A model generated the notes under the pieces. That model was given only the letters and a program-made list of their open reading frames with translations, ran no database searches and was not told the origin of the DNA. DNA of 60,664 bases, filler included. It is 4 parts of 4 records of this genome, joined end to end, with 100 filler letters (N's around TTAATTAATTAA, not from the genome) between each part and the next. Parts side by side here need not be neighbours in the genome. Positions count along the whole stretch, not along the records: positions 28,781 to 54,858 come from SRR20825019_1056; 3 more parts are not named here. One strand, 5' to 3'. Of this stretch, positions 33,083-43,018 are shown piece after piece. A program made the position numbers and the translations under genes. Every line of letters begins with the position of its first letter. Positions within the stretch are counted from its first letter, which is position 1.

Positions 33083-34075
33083 ATGACCGCGCCCCAGTCC
33101 GCCGCTCCTTCGACGCCTACGCTGCTGGCCCGCCTGTCCGGCGCCAATCTACAGCAATATGTCGTCTATGTCGGTTTCCTCGCCATCTTCCTGTTCTTTG
33201 CGGTGGTGCTGCGCGACAGCGGCTTCCTGACCCAGAGGAACCTGGTCAACATCATCCTGCAGACCGCGCCGGTGACGATCATGGCGATCGGCCTGGTCTT
33301 TGCCCTTTCGGCTGGCGAGATCGACCTTTCGATCGGCTCCACTGTTGCTGTTTCCGCGCTTGGCGGGGCCATGGCCATGGCGGCATTTCCGCAGGCGGCG
33401 CTGCTGGCTGGGATTGCTGCCGGACTTGGCATGGGGCTGCTGGTCGGGCTGGTCAATGGGGCGCTGGTCGCCTATCTGCGGCTGCCCTCATTCCTCGTGA
33501 CGCTGGCGACGATGGGCCTGTTTGCCGGTGTCGCGCGTTCGCTCACCCAATTGCGCTCCATTCCGGTGACCGACCCGGTGTTCACGGGCCTGTTCGGCTC
33601 AGGCAGTCTGTTCGGTATTCCTTCGCTGGTCATTTGGACAATTGCGGCGGTGGCCATCGGTCACTTCATCTTCCGGCAGACCAAATATGGTGCCCATGTG
33701 CTGGCGACGGGTGACAATGCGCGGGCAGCCATGGTCACCGGCATCAAGGTGCCGCGGGTCCGGCTCTCGGTCTTCCTGATCAGTGGCGCCATGGCGGGGC
33801 TCGCCGGGCTGCTCTATTCGGGACGGTTGCAGGCGGCGAAATATACGCTGGGCGAAACCGACCTGATGACGGTGATTGCCGCGGTGATTGTCGGCGGCAC
33901 GCTGCTCAATGGTGGCAAGGGCTCGGTCATCGGAGCGCTGGTGGGCTCGCTGATGATGGGCATGCTCAACAATGGGCTGATCCTGATGGGGCTGTCCGTT
34001 TCCGACCAGATGATCGTGCGCGGTCTCATCATCCTTGTCGCGGTCGCGGTCTCGCTGCGCGAAACCTCCCGCTAG
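33083..34075 (+). CDS. RbsC-like ABC permease
   Basis: GEIDLSIGS, LPSFLVTL, IAAVIVGGTLLNGGKGS. Confidence 0.92.
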   Translation: MTAPQSAAPSTPTLLARLSGANLQQYVVYVGFLAIFLFFAVVLRDSGFLTQRNLVNIILQTAPVTIMAIGLVFALSAGEIDLSIGSTVAVSALGGAMAMAAFPQAALLAGIAAGLGMGLLVGLVNGALVAYLRLPSFLVTLATMGLFAGVARSLTQLRSIPVTDPVFTGLFGSGSLFGIPSLVIWTIAAVAIGHFIFRQTKYGAHVLATGDNARAAMVTGIKVPRVRLSVFLISGAMAGLAGLLYSGRLQAAKYTLGETDLMTVIAAVIVGGTLLNGGKGSVIGALVGSLMMGMLNNGLILMGLSVSDQMIVRGLIILVAVAVSLRETSR

Positions 34076-34085
34076 GAGTTCAGCC

Positions 34086-35285
34086 ATGTTTCTCGATGTT
34101 CTTCGCCGCCGCAACCCGACCTTTGTTGAAGCGGCCATGGCGCTGCATCAAGCGGGCAAGATACCGGCCAATGCCTATGTGCTCGATCTCGACGCGGTTG
34201 AGGCCAATGCGCGGGTGCTCAAGACCGAAGCGGATAAATATGGCCTTAAGATCTTTGCCATGACCAAGCAGGTGGGGCGTTCGTCCAGCTTCTGCCAGGC
34301 GGTGCAGCGTGGCGGCATCGAAAAGTCGGTGGCAGTCGACATGGCCTGCGCCCGCGCCACTCACAACGCCGGGATGCCGGTGGGCCATCTGGGGCATCTG
34401 CAGCAGGTGGCGCGAGCCGAGGCCGACGCAGCAGCCGCAACCTTCCGGCCGGATTACTGGACGGTGTTCAACGCCGAAAAGGCGCATGAGGCGGGCCAGG
34501 CGGCGCACAGGGCCGGGTATCGGCAGAATTTGCTCGCCCGCATCAAGGCGGAGGGCGATACTTTCTATCGCGGCCATGAGGGCGGGTTCGAGGCAGCCGA
34601 CATCGTGGGCATCGCTGAGGGGCTGGACCGGGTCGAGGGTGGGCGCTTTGCCGGGATCACCACTTTCCCCGCGCTGCTGTTCGACCACGAGACGCGCAAG
34701 GTCAAACCGACGCCGAACCTGACGACCCTGTCGCGTGCGGCTGAAGCGCTGCACAAGGCTGGGCGGCGCGATGTCGAGATCAATGCGCCGGGCACCACAT
34801 CATCAGTGTTGCTGCAGGGATTGGCGGAAGCCGGGGCAACGCAGTGCGAGCCGGGCAATGGGCTGCATGGCACGACGGCGCTGCATGTGATGGAAGATCT
34901 GCCGGAACTGCCGGCGGTGCTCTACCTCACCGAGGTGTCGCATTTGTCGGACGGCAAGGCCTATTGCCTGGGTGGCGGGTTCTATATCGATCCGATCTTC
35001 CCCAATTATCCGGTCAAGGCCATCGTTTCGCGCGAGCCGACGACGGCCGCGGGCGCGTTGCGCGAGGTGGAAATTCCGCCCCCGTCGGCCATCGACTATT
35101 ACGCGATGATCGATGCTGAAGGTCCTGCCGCACCGCGACCCGGCGACACGGCGGTGTTCGGGTTCCGCGGGCAGGCCTTTGTCACGCGCGCCTATGTCGT
35201 GGGGGTTTCCGGTATCTCTACCGGCACTCCCAAGGTCGAAACCATTGAAGACAGCTTTGGCCGCACAGCCGCCTGGCCGGTATAG
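34086..35285 (+). CDS. YhfX-family PLP-dependent enzyme (alanine racemase-like fold)
   Basis: MFLDVLRRRNP...AMTKQVGR (PLP Lys), GHLGHLQQ, GITTFP, EPGNGLHGTT, IDYY resemble E. coli YhfX. Confidence 0.8.
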   Translation: MFLDVLRRRNPTFVEAAMALHQAGKIPANAYVLDLDAVEANARVLKTEADKYGLKIFAMTKQVGRSSSFCQAVQRGGIEKSVAVDMACARATHNAGMPVGHLGHLQQVARAEADAAAATFRPDYWTVFNAEKAHEAGQAAHRAGYRQNLLARIKAEGDTFYRGHEGGFEAADIVGIAEGLDRVEGGRFAGITTFPALLFDHETRKVKPTPNLTTLSRAAEALHKAGRRDVEINAPGTTSSVLLQGLAEAGATQCEPGNGLHGTTALHVMEDLPELPAVLYLTEVSHLSDGKAYCLGGGFYIDPIFPNYPVKAIVSREPTTAAGALREVEIPPPSAIDYYAMIDAEGPAAPRPGDTAVFGFRGQAFVTRAYVVGVSGISTGTPKVETIEDSFGRTAAWPV

Positions 35286-35296
35286 GAGACAATGAC

Positions 35297-36037
35297 ATGA
35301 CCCAACCGGTTCTGGCCCTCAACAATATCCGCAAGAGCTTTGGTGGCGTCGTTGCCATCGAGGATTTCAGCCTCACCATCGAGCCGGGCGAGATCGTCGC
35401 ATTGGTTGGTGACAATGGCGCGGGCAAATCCACGCTGATCAAGATAATCTCCGGCGTACATGCCCCGAGTTCGGGCACCATCGTCATCGAAGGGGAAAGC
35501 GTTGCCATGTCGAGCGCGACCAAGGCGCGCGAGCATGGCATCGAGGTCGTCTATCAGGACCTGGCGCTGGCCGATCAGCAATCGGTCTATATGAACCTGT
35601 TCCTCGGGCGCGAGGTCACCAAAGGGCTGCTCGGGCAGCTCGATCGCAAGACTATGATCTCGGAAACCCAGCGCCTGGTGGACGAGCTGGATGTGCGTAT
35701 TCCATCGCCACACGCCACAATCCGCGATCTATCGGGTGGGCAGCGGCAGGGCATCGCTATTGCCCGGGCGACGCGCTGGGCCAAGAAGCTGATCCTGCTC
35801 GATGAACCGACGGCGGCGCTGGGCGTCGCGGAAACGGCCAAGGTCGAAAAGATCGTGGCCGGGCTCAAGGCGCGCAATATCGGTGTCCTGATCATCAGCC
35901 ATAGTCTGGATCAGGTATTTCGCCTGTCGGACCGCATCTGCGTGCTGCGGCGCGGCAAGCAGATCGGCATCCGCAAGACAGCGGACACCGACAAGAACGA
36001 GATCGTCTCCATGATCACCGGGCTGAGCGTGGCATAG
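35297..36037 (+). CDS. Sugar ABC ATP-binding protein (single domain)
   Basis: GDNGAGKST, LSGGQRQ, LLDEPTAALG. Confidence 0.93.
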   Translation: MTQPVLALNNIRKSFGGVVAIEDFSLTIEPGEIVALVGDNGAGKSTLIKIISGVHAPSSGTIVIEGESVAMSSATKAREHGIEVVYQDLALADQQSVYMNLFLGREVTKGLLGQLDRKTMISETQRLVDELDVRIPSPHATIRDLSGGQRQGIAIARATRWAKKLILLDEPTAALGVAETAKVEKIVAGLKARNIGVLIISHSLDQVFRLSDRICVLRRGKQIGIRKTADTDKNEIVSMITGLSVA

Positions 36038-36039
36038 CG

Positions 36040-37341
36040 TTATAGCCCCAGCCGGTCCTTGAGCGCGTACCACCACGACCCGAGCGTTGAATATTGCGCG
36101 CGGAACATGCGACCGCCAGGGAAGGGAATCCAGGGCAGGCTGGCAAAGGTGTCGAAGCGGGTCATGTCGCCACGCACGGCCTCGGACAGGATACGCCCGA
36201 ACAGGTGAGAGCCTGTGACGCCGTGGCCGGAATAGCCATGGGCGAAGTAGATATTCTTGCCCAGGCGGCCGAGTTGGGGGACACGCGAGAAGGAAAGGGC
36301 GAAATTGCCACTCCAGGCGAAGTCCACCTTTACGTCACGCAAGTGCGGAAAGACTTTGTCCATATTGGGTCGCAGCTTGGCCTCGACATCGGCAGGATCG
36401 GTGCCGCCATAGACGACGCCGCCGCCGAAGATCAGCCGGTGATCGGCCGAAACGCGGAAATAGTCGAGGATATAACGCACGTCTTCAACGCACATGCCGG
36501 TGGGCAGCAGGGCATTGGCGCGGTCTTCGCCGAGCGGCTCGGTGGCCATCATCTGGGTGGAGACGGGCATGACCCGGGCGGTGAGTTCGGGCACGACATT
36601 GCCGAGATAGGCATTGCCGCAGATCAGGGCGGTCCTGGCCCGCACCTGTCCCGTTGCCGTTGAGACAGTGGCGCCCGAGGCGTCCTGCTCAACCCTGGTG
36701 ACGGGCGAGTGCTCGAATATCTTGCCGCCCAGCCCTTCGAAGGCAGCGGCTTCACCAAGGGCAAGATTGAGCGGGTGCATATGGCCGCCCGAATGGTCGA
36801 TCATGCCGCCTTCATAGACGTCCGAGCCGATATGCTGGCGGATCTGGCTTTTGTCGAGCAGCTCATGGTCATCCATGCCGTGGCTGCGCCAGAGCGCCTG
36901 CTTGGCCTTGAGTTCTTCCATGTGCTTTGGGGTATAGGCAGCATAGATGTTGCCGCGCTTGAGATCGCAATTGATGCCATAGCGCTCCACACGGTCATAA
37001 ATGATGCCGGCGCCTTCCTGGAGCAGGCCGCCGACGAAATTGGCCGTCTGCTGGCCATAGCGGCGCTTTATGGTGTCGAGGCTGGCATTGAGGCCATTGA
37101 CCACCTGGCCACCATTGCGGCCCGATGCGCCCCAGCCGACTTCCGCCGCTTCGATGACCACGACCTTGAAGCCGTGTTCGGCCAGGCTGATGGCCGCCGA
37201 CAAGCCGGAATAGCCGGCGCCGACGACGCAGATGTCGGCCTCGACCGAGCCTTCCAGCACCTGTGGCTGGCGGACGATGTTGCGCGAAGCGACGTAATAG
37301 CTGGGCGGATAGGCCGAGCCGGCGTTTGGCGTTTCAGACAT
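36040..37341 (-). CDS. puuB: gamma-glutamylputrescine oxidase-like FAD oxidoreductase
   Basis: VVGAGYSG, GASGRNGGQ, GYSGHGV, FPGG; adjacent to puuA/puuD homologues. Confidence 0.8.
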   Translation of the reverse strand: MSETPNAGSAYPPSYYVASRNIVRQPQVLEGSVEADICVVGAGYSGLSAAISLAEHGFKVVVIEAAEVGWGASGRNGGQVVNGLNASLDTIKRRYGQQTANFVGGLLQEGAGIIYDRVERYGINCDLKRGNIYAAYTPKHMEELKAKQALWRSHGMDDHELLDKSQIRQHIGSDVYEGGMIDHSGGHMHPLNLALGEAAAFEGLGGKIFEHSPVTRVEQDASGATVSTATGQVRARTALICGNAYLGNVVPELTARVMPVSTQMMATEPLGEDRANALLPTGMCVEDVRYILDYFRVSADHRLIFGGGVVYGGTDPADVEAKLRPNMDKVFPHLRDVKVDFAWSGNFALSFSRVPQLGRLGKNIYFAHGYSGHGVTGSHLFGRILSEAVRGDMTRFDTFASLPWIPFPGGRMFRAQYSTLGSWWYALKDRLGL

Positions 37342-38702
37342 CAGACCACCTCGAGATAGGCGGAAAATTCAAGGTCGGTGACCTGCGAGGCAAAGCCGGC
37401 GTTCTCCTGACGTTTGCAGGCGACGAACATGGATTGCAGCGTGCTGTCGAAGATGCGCGGCACCATGTCGCCATCCTCGAAGGCGTTGATGGCCGAGGCC
37501 CAGTCCGCCGGCAGCTTGGGCAGACGCTCGGAATAGGCGCGGCCCTTGAACGGTTTTGGCGGCTTGATCTGGTCTTCGATGCCGACAAGGGCGGCACCGA
37601 GAATGCCGGCCAAGACGAGATAGGGATTGGCGTCGGCGCCCGACACGCGATGTTCGATGCGGCGGGCCTTGGGGTTGCCGCCGGGGATGCGCACGGCGGT
37701 GGTGCGGTTTTCATAGCCCCAGGAAATGGCGCTGGGGGCGTGGGTGTCCGGGCGCAGCCGGCGGAAGGAATTGAAGTGGGGCGCAAAGAGCAGGGTGGTT
37801 TCAGCCATGCCGGCCATCAGGCCGCCCACTGCATGATGCATTACCTCCGAACCGCTTTCGGTGCCATCGTCAAAGACATTGTTGCCGGCCTGGTCGTTGA
37901 GGCTGAAATGGACATGGAAGCCATTGCCGGAGCGGGCGCCATAGGGCTTGGCCATAAAGGTGGCGACCAGATTGTGCTTGCGGGCGACACCCTTGACGAT
38001 GCGCTTGAACAGAACGGCGTCGTCGGCGGCTTTCAGTCCATTTGTGTGCAGCAGGTTGATTTCGAACTGGCCGATGCCGTTTTCGGCCACGGCGGTATCG
38101 GCCGGCACGTTCTGCTGCTGGCACTGGAGATAGACGTCGCGGAAGAACTCGCCGAAATCCTCAAGCTCATCCAGAGAGAGGATGGCGTCGGAATCGAGCC
38201 GCTTGCCCGTGTAAGGGGAGATCGGGGGCTGAGCAGAATCGGGGTCAGGATCGACCAGATAGAATTCGAGCTCGGTGGCGACGACTGGCTCCAGGCCAAG
38301 CTCGGCATAGCGCCTTAGCACATGGGCCAGGGCCTGGCGCGGATCGCCGAGGAAGGGGGTTCGCGCGTCCTGGAACAGCCAGAGCGGGATCATGGCGCTG
38401 GGGCGCGTGGTCCAGTTGATGGGCAGGGCGCCGCGCCCGGTGGGGCTGCAGATGCCGTCGGTATCGCCGCTCGAAAAGACCAGCGGATTGCCCACGATAT
38501 CCTCGCCCCAGACGTCCACGCCGACGATGGAGAGCGGCATGCGGATGCCGCTTTCGGCAACGCGCCGGGCCTGGTCAATGGGGATGCGTTTGCCGCGCAA
38601 AATGCCGTTCAGGTCGCAGACGGCGGTATGCAGCACTTCGATCTGTGGATTGGCCGCCAGCCAGGAGACGATGTCTTCGTTTGCGATCTGATCGGAACTC
38701 AT
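37341..38702 (-). CDS. puuA: gamma-glutamylpolyamine synthetase (GlnA-like)
   Basis: DLNGILRGKR, ELEFYL, GQFEINL, FMAKP, WGYENRT, IEHRVSGADANPYL. Confidence 0.8.
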   Translation of the reverse strand: MSSDQIANEDIVSWLAANPQIEVLHTAVCDLNGILRGKRIPIDQARRVAESGIRMPLSIVGVDVWGEDIVGNPLVFSSGDTDGICSPTGRGALPINWTTRPSAMIPLWLFQDARTPFLGDPRQALAHVLRRYAELGLEPVVATELEFYLVDPDPDSAQPPISPYTGKRLDSDAILSLDELEDFGEFFRDVYLQCQQQNVPADTAVAENGIGQFEINLLHTNGLKAADDAVLFKRIVKGVARKHNLVATFMAKPYGARSGNGFHVHFSLNDQAGNNVFDDGTESGSEVMHHAVGGLMAGMAETTLLFAPHFNSFRRLRPDTHAPSAISWGYENRTTAVRIPGGNPKARRIEHRVSGADANPYLVLAGILGAALVGIEDQIKPPKPFKGRAYSERLPKLPADWASAINAFEDGDMVPRIFDSTLQSMFVACKRQENAGFASQVTDLEFSAYLEVV

Positions 38703-38781
38703 GCCTGTGCGTTGCCCTTTTTGTATGACATAGCATCAGACTAGCAGGTGCCGAGGCGTTGCGGGAGGCTGTGCAGCGAGA

Positions 38782-39573
38782 ATGCGAACAATGGATGCGC
38801 AAAGACTTCGACATCGCCCGCTGATCGGGGTGATTGCCTGCGGACGCATAGTGGAAGGTGAACCGGCCCAGGCGGTCAAGCACCGCTACCTCGAGGCGGT
38901 AGAGCGGCACGCGGACGCCATTCCCCTGATCGTGCCGTCCAACCAGGACCTCGGGCACGCGGCCGACCTGGTTGCCCGGCTCGACGCGGTCATGCTGACG
39001 GGCAGCAATTCCAACATTGCGCCCCATCACTACCAATCCACACTCGCCGCGCAGGCACCGATCGACGATGGACGTGACGCGTTCAGCCAGGCGCTGATTC
39101 ATGCGGCGATCACGGCGGCCAAGCCGGTTTTCGGCATCTGCCGGGGATTGCAGGAAATTAATGTCGCGCTGGGCGGAACCTTGCGAGACCTGCGCGAAAG
39201 CGGCGAAGGTGCCGTTCACCACGCGCCGCAAGACGTTTCGCTGGAAGAGATGTTCGGGTTTGGCCACCGAATCGCGGTGAATGCCGGTGGAATGCTGCGT
39301 CGCATTGTGGATGCGGATCACCTCGACGTTAACAGCGTTCATTTTCAGGCCATCGACCGCCTTGCCGAGGGGTTGGTGGTCAATGCCACCGGGCCCAATG
39401 GCGTCATCGAGGCCATATCGGCCAGCCACACACCGGCGCCGGTATTTGCCGTTCAGTGGCATCCGGAATGGCGGCCCGAGGGGCGGTCGCATGACCTGGC
39501 CTTCTGGCATTATCTGAGCGAAGCGGCGCGGGCGCGCTATATGCCTGCCCCGGGATCGGAGTTGAGTGCATGA
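38782..39573 (+). CDS. puuD: gamma-glutamyl-GABA hydrolase (peptidase C26)
   Basis: LTGSNSNI, FGICRGLQEINVALGG, VQWHPE. Confidence 0.85.
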   Translation: MRTMDAQRLRHRPLIGVIACGRIVEGEPAQAVKHRYLEAVERHADAIPLIVPSNQDLGHAADLVARLDAVMLTGSNSNIAPHHYQSTLAAQAPIDDGRDAFSQALIHAAITAAKPVFGICRGLQEINVALGGTLRDLRESGEGAVHHAPQDVSLEEMFGFGHRIAVNAGGMLRRIVDADHLDVNSVHFQAIDRLAEGLVVNATGPNGVIEAISASHTPAPVFAVQWHPEWRPEGRSHDLAFWHYLSEAARARYMPAPGSELSA

Positions 39574-40997
39574 GAAAAATGGAAACCCGACTGTTCATCG
39601 ATGGCGCCTATGTCGAGGGTCAGGGCAAGGTTGAAACCGCGTTTGAGCCGGCCTTGGGCAAGCCACTTGCCGAGATTGCCTCGGCCAGCGATGCGCAGAT
39701 CGACCAGGCAGTGATGGCAGCCGACACGGCTTATCGGTCCTGGTCCAAAACGTCGCCGCGCGAGCGCAGTGCGGCGCTGCTGGCCATTGCAGCCGCCATC
39801 GAGGCGAAAGTGGACCAACTGGCCGTGATCGAGTCACGTAATGCCGGCAAACCGCTGCGTTTCGTCAAGGCGGGCGAGTTGGCCAATGTCGCCGATGTGT
39901 TCCGTTTCTACGGCACGGCGGTGCGCAACATGCCCGCGCCGGCAGCGGGCAATTATCGCTCCTCGACCCGCACGAGCCTGGTGCGGCGCGACCCGATTGG
40001 CGTCATCGCCCAGATCGCGCCCTGGAATTATCCGCTCCTGATGGCGGCCTGGAAGATCGCGCCGGCGATTGCGGCGGGCAATGCGGTGGTCATCAAGCCC
40101 TCGGAAATGACCCCAGTCAGCCTTTTGGCGCTCAGCGAAATTTTCGCGGACATCCTGCCACCCGGTGTCGTCAATGTGATCTGCGGCAATGGTCCGGAGG
40201 TGGGCCATCGGCTGATTTCGCACGATCTGGTGCGGATGATTTCACTCACGGGTGATGTGCGCACGGGCCGCGCCGTGTTGCAGGCGGCGGCCGGCAATAC
40301 CATCAAGCGGACCCATCTCGAGCTTGGCGGCAAGGCGCCGGTGATCGTCTGCGAGGACGCCGATCTCGACAAGCTGGTGGAAACCTTGCGCGAGGCGAGT
40401 TTCTATAATGCCGGACAGGACTGCACGGCGGCCTGCCGCATCCTGGCGCATAAAGACATTGTGCAGAATCTGACCGACCGGCTGGAAACCATGATCGGGT
40501 CGCTGGTCTATGGCAGGCCCGAGCGGGACGATGTGGAGTTCGGTCCGGTGATCAGCCAGCGGCAGCTGGAACGTGTCGACGGGTTCGTGTCGCGGGCGCG
40601 CAGTGAGGGCTTTGAGGTGATGCAGGGCGCAGCGCCTGATCCCGATGGCTATTTCTTTCCGCCCACGCTGGTGGCCGCGCCGATCGAAGCGGAGATCGTG
40701 CAAAAGGAAGTGTTCGGGCCGGTTCTCAGCATCACGCCATTCGATGACGCGCAGCAGTCGGTCGATTGGGCCAATGCGTCCGAATATGGCCTCGGATCAT
40801 CGGTCTGGTCGCGGGATGGCAGCCAGGCCATGGCAATTGCCAATGCGCTTGAATATGGGGTGACCTGGGTCAACACCCATGGCGTCATGGCAACCGAAAT
40901 GCCGCATGGCGGCATGAAGAATTCGGGCTATGGCTCGGACCTCTCCATGCAGTCGCTGATCGACTACACCCAGATCCGCCATATCATGGTGGAGTAG
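39570..40997 (+). CDS. Aminobutyraldehyde dehydrogenase (PatD/YdcW-like)
   Basis: IAPWNYPLLMAAWK, LELGGKAP, YNAGQDCTAA, EVFGPV, EMPHGGMKNSGYG. Confidence 0.85.
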   Translation: MRKMETRLFIDGAYVEGQGKVETAFEPALGKPLAEIASASDAQIDQAVMAADTAYRSWSKTSPRERSAALLAIAAAIEAKVDQLAVIESRNAGKPLRFVKAGELANVADVFRFYGTAVRNMPAPAAGNYRSSTRTSLVRRDPIGVIAQIAPWNYPLLMAAWKIAPAIAAGNAVVIKPSEMTPVSLLALSEIFADILPPGVVNVICGNGPEVGHRLISHDLVRMISLTGDVRTGRAVLQAAAGNTIKRTHLELGGKAPVIVCEDADLDKLVETLREASFYNAGQDCTAACRILAHKDIVQNLTDRLETMIGSLVYGRPERDDVEFGPVISQRQLERVDGFVSRARSEGFEVMQGAAPDPDGYFFPPTLVAAPIEAEIVQKEVFGPVLSITPFDDAQQSVDWANASEYGLGSSVWSRDGSQAMAIANALEYGVTWVNTHGVMATEMPHGGMKNSGYGSDLSMQSLIDYTQIRHIMVE

Positions 40998-41025
40998 GAC
41001 CCGGTTGCCCGGGCCCCTTGTTGGA

Positions 41026-41985
41026 TCAGTCGGCAAGTGCATCGAGATCGCGGCCGGAAATGGCGGCGAGCACGGCCGAAGCCATCATGCCTGCGGCGGT
41101 ATAGGAGCGCGCGACAGCGTCCTCGCGCGGCAGCAGCACGAAACGTTCCCCCTGGCAGGCGGTGAGGAAGTCGCAGAAGCCCGGCGCGACCGTGTCGATT
41201 TCGGCAATGGCCTGGGCAGGCGTTTGGCCGCGCGGAGCATCATAGGTTAGGAACATGAAATCGGCGTCGAACGCCTGCAATTCCTCTCCTGAAAACAGGA
41301 CCCGGTCGCTTCCCTCGATAGCGTTGAGCACATCCGGGAAGGTAAAACCGGCGTCGCGCAGGACCTTCCCGATAACGCCGTAGGTGTGCCACGCCTGGAT
41401 TTGTCCGGCGTTGGTCAGGATGATCGATGCCGAGATGTTGCGCTCCCCAACAACGGCCCGGATCTGATCGACCTGCGCCTGGTAGCGCGCCTTCAGCAGG
41501 TCCAGCCGGTCGTGCGTGCCGGTCAGTTCGGCGATATCCTCAAAGGTCGCCAGCTCCCCGCGCATATTGTCTTCGACCACAACTGTCGGCGCGATCCGCT
41601 CCAGTCCCTCCAGCGGTGTCTGCTGAAAGGCCGCGGTGATGATGAGATCGGGTTCCAGTGCGGCGATCGCTTCAAGGTCTGCCGGAGAGCCGCCAACATT
41701 TGCGATGTCGGAATTCTCGAAGGTGACGCCAGTCAGGGTAGCGGCCCCGCGCATATAGGGTCCGCCGTCGCCTTCGCGTCCGAAGGCGCCCACGGGCAGA
41801 ATGCCGAGTTCCACCAGGGGAACGGTCAGCGAGCTGTCATGCAGGGTTACGATCCGCTGGGGCGCGACGGGTACGTCGATCGTTCGGCCGGCATCGTCGG
41901 TGTAGGAGCGGGTTTCCTGGGAGAGGAGAGGCTGAATGCCGGCGAGAAGTGCCAGGCCAGTCAGGATGAGGGGGAGCTTGCGCAT
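41026..41985 (-). CDS. Iron-siderophore ABC substrate-binding protein (7th in transcription order)
   Basis: Signal peptide; PQRIVTL...ELG; DLEAIAALEPDLII; IAPTVV. Confidence 0.88.
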   Translation of the reverse strand: MRKLPLILTGLALLAGIQPLLSQETRSYTDDAGRTIDVPVAPQRIVTLHDSSLTVPLVELGILPVGAFGREGDGGPYMRGAATLTGVTFENSDIANVGGSPADLEAIAALEPDLIITAAFQQTPLEGLERIAPTVVVEDNMRGELATFEDIAELTGTHDRLDLLKARYQAQVDQIRAVVGERNISASIILTNAGQIQAWHTYGVIGKVLRDAGFTFPDVLNAIEGSDRVLFSGEELQAFDADFMFLTYDAPRGQTPAQAIAEIDTVAPGFCDFLTACQGERFVLLPREDAVARSYTAAGMMASAVLAAISGRDLDALAD

Positions 41986-42043
41986 GGGATATGTTCTCCA
42001 GTCAAAAGGGGCATGGCCCGCATCTGTGCGGGCCACCGGCGTT

Positions 42044-43018
42044 TCAATCGGTCCTGGCGACGAAGTCGCGGCCGGAAATGTGCGAGATGACCATGTAGCT
42101 GAGCACGCCCAGACCGTAATAGGACGAGGCGGAGGCCTCCTCGCGTGGCACGACGATCATCTGGTTCTCGCGGCAGGCGTGCAGGAAGTCACAGAAACCG
42201 GGCATGACCTCTTCGAGATATTTGATAGCGTCGGCCGGGGTTTCCAGCGTGTCCGTGCGATAGGTCACGAAGACGAAATCGGCGTCCAGCTCGGGTAGCG
42301 CCTCGGCGCTCATGCGCTCGAACTGTCCTTCGGCAATGGCCTCGACCCGATCAGGGAAGGCAAAGCCTGAATCGCGCAGGACTTTTCCCAGCGCGCCATA
42401 GGTGTGCCAGCTCAGGACCTCTCCATTGACGCCCTGGATGACGTTGACCGAGACGTTTTCCGTGTCGATCAGGCGCTGGATCTGGGCGATCTGGCCTTCA
42501 TAGCGCGCCTTGAGGACGGCGAGGCGATCCTGGGTGCCGGTGATTTCGGCCAAGGCATCGTGCATGGCCAGATCGCCACGCTTGGAGTCATCGAGCACAA
42601 TAGTGGGTGCAATGGAATCGAGCTGCTCGAGCGGCGCGGTCTGCCAGGGTGTGGTCAGGATCAGATCGGGTTCCAGGGCGGCAATGGCCTCGACATCGGC
42701 GGGCAGATTGCCAACGAAGCTGATTTCGGAATTGTCGAAATCGACGCCGGTGAGCACATCGGAGGAACGAATGAAGGGTTCGCCTTCGGCCGTGGTGCGG
42801 CCATGGCTGCCGACGGGTGTGACGCCCAGTTCGAGCAGCGGCACAGTGATGGCGAGGTCCTGCAGCGAGACGATACGCAGAGGCGCGGCAGGGATTTGTA
42901 CGGTGCGGCCGGCATCGTCGATGAAGGGGCGGGTGTCCTGTGCGGCGGCCGGAAAGGCCAGGGCCAGGAGCAGGGGGACGGACGCCAGGGCCCGGAGATG
43001 GGTGACGGGCATGATCAT
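42044..43018 (-). CDS. Iron-siderophore ABC substrate-binding protein (6th)
   Basis: PLRIVSL...ELGVTPVG; DVEAIAALEPDLIL; IAPTIV. Confidence 0.88.
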   Translation of the reverse strand: MIMPVTHLRALASVPLLLALAFPAAAQDTRPFIDDAGRTVQIPAAPLRIVSLQDLAITVPLLELGVTPVGSHGRTTAEGEPFIRSSDVLTGVDFDNSEISFVGNLPADVEAIAALEPDLILTTPWQTAPLEQLDSIAPTIVLDDSKRGDLAMHDALAEITGTQDRLAVLKARYEGQIAQIQRLIDTENVSVNVIQGVNGEVLSWHTYGALGKVLRDSGFAFPDRVEAIAEGQFERMSAEALPELDADFVFVTYRTDTLETPADAIKYLEEVMPGFCDFLHACRENQMIVVPREEASASSYYGLGVLSYMVISHISGRDFVARTD

